Of a DNA stretch of 64,000 bases, positions 63,176 to 64,000 are shown piece after piece. The notes under the pieces are model-generated. The model was not told the origin of the DNA. It was given only the letters and a program-made list of their open reading frames with translations, and ran no database searches. Source of the DNA: Eutreptiella sp. 'Long Island Sound 2002' (Eukaryota > Protista > Euglenida); assembly GCA_964036045.1 (NCBI GenBank), contig OZ038379.1, positions 71,176,001 to 71,240,000 of the forward strand. Reading direction: 5' to 3'. The number at the start of each line of letters is the position of its first letter. Within the stretch, counting starts at the first letter, position 1. The position numbers and the translations under genes were made by a program.

Positions 63176-63510
63176 TTGGGGGTACCCCAACAAGGGGGAG
63201 AAAATCAAAAGCGGCTGCATAACCCGTGCCTTCTGAGGGTCCCCATGCTGGGGAAAGATCGATATGGCTACATCACCCCCTACCGCCCCGGGGTCTCCAT
63301 GGTGGGGATTGATCAGTATGGCTACATCACCCCTGCCTTCTTGGGGGTCCCCACAATGGGGAACGATCAAAGTGGCTACATAAACCCTGCCTTCTCAGGG
63401 GTCCCAATGGTGGGGAAGTATCAAAGTGGCTCCAAACCACTACCTTCTAGGGGATCCCCAACAAGGGGACAAATCAAAAATGACTGCATAAATCTTGCCT
63501 TCTTGGGGGT
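63172..63510. repeat. 54-bp minisatellite (GGCTACATCACCCCTGCCTTCTnGGGGGTCCCC...), ~6.5 units
   Basis: GGCT(A/G)CAT-like motifs at 63213, 63266, 63320, 63374, 63428 and 63482. Confidence 0.9.
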
Positions 63511-64000
63511 TAGGGAAAATGCCCCCAAAAAATGAGCATTTTGAGTATGAACACATGGGGTGACCTATTTTACTAGCCCCTTCAAATGGCAGACCAAAAA
63601 TTTTTGGTGCTTGCTGAGCCAGTTTCTCCATACTGGCTTGTACTTTGGTCGGGACCTTTTAAACATTTTGGCCCCCTCGAGGGGGGGGGGTCAGTGACTG
63701 CACCTGAACGCACCCCCGTGTGTGGGATCTTCGGAGGGGCGATTGCAGGTTGCAGGCTTCCGCACCGTCACGTGAAGGCGCAGCCGCCGCCTAGGATGAA
63801 GAGGGGCCGCAGAGTGAAGCCCGGCCCTAAGAGGCCACCACCCCGTGCCCCGTGTGGCACCCCATGCCCCATGGGCAGCAAAAATGAACACCCCTATGCT
63901 TGCATAGGCAGAGCACGCCAGTGTGTCGTGTAGTTTGCACCTGGTTAGCATGGGGCGCCTTTGCTAGGTTTCCCCCCTCACTGTTGTGCTGCCAATCTTG

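Noticed and set aside
63143-63535. ORF with an 18-aa GYITPAFLGVP repeat
   Set aside because: Translation of the 54-bp satellite; the first unit is out of frame and there is no other evidence of coding
1-64000. tRNA, rRNA, Fanzor/TnpB, Polinton or viral genes
   Set aside because: No T-loop/cloverleaf, rRNA-like tract, RuvC motif set or long intact ORF of these types was recognised by eye

Overview
This is eukaryotic nuclear DNA made almost entirely of degenerate, nested transposable elements, MITEs and satellites. I found no intact host gene, rRNA, tRNA or CRISPR array. The repeat style and an SL-like motif suggest a euglenid (Eutreptiella/Euglena-like), but that is inference only. Best-supported elements: a Ty3/gypsy RNase H-integrase remnant (4.8-6.0 kb, -); two hAT-type MITEs with perfect 8-bp TSDs (18839-19198, 25373-25878); a TA-flanked MITE (54894-55523); an internally deleted hAT (59058-60688); a PIF/Harbinger-like element with 11-bp TIRs, an ACA 3-bp TSD and a DDE nuclease fused to a B-box-like zinc finger (48844-50001); and a near-intact gag-knuckle plus tyrosine recombinase (YR) element followed by a degenerate 2A-like motif, with no RT visible (34.2-37.1 kb, -). 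There are also further YR remnants, two degenerate DDE transposases with Transib/RAG-like motif order, and three abutting satellites (10.4-12.8 kb), two of which share a ~44-bp palindromic core. The most novel-looking items are the B-box Harbinger, the YR-2A element, tandem spliced-leader-like sequences inside a repeat (46932-46978) and the palindromic satellite block. All motif calls come from manual translation and alignment; no database search was run.
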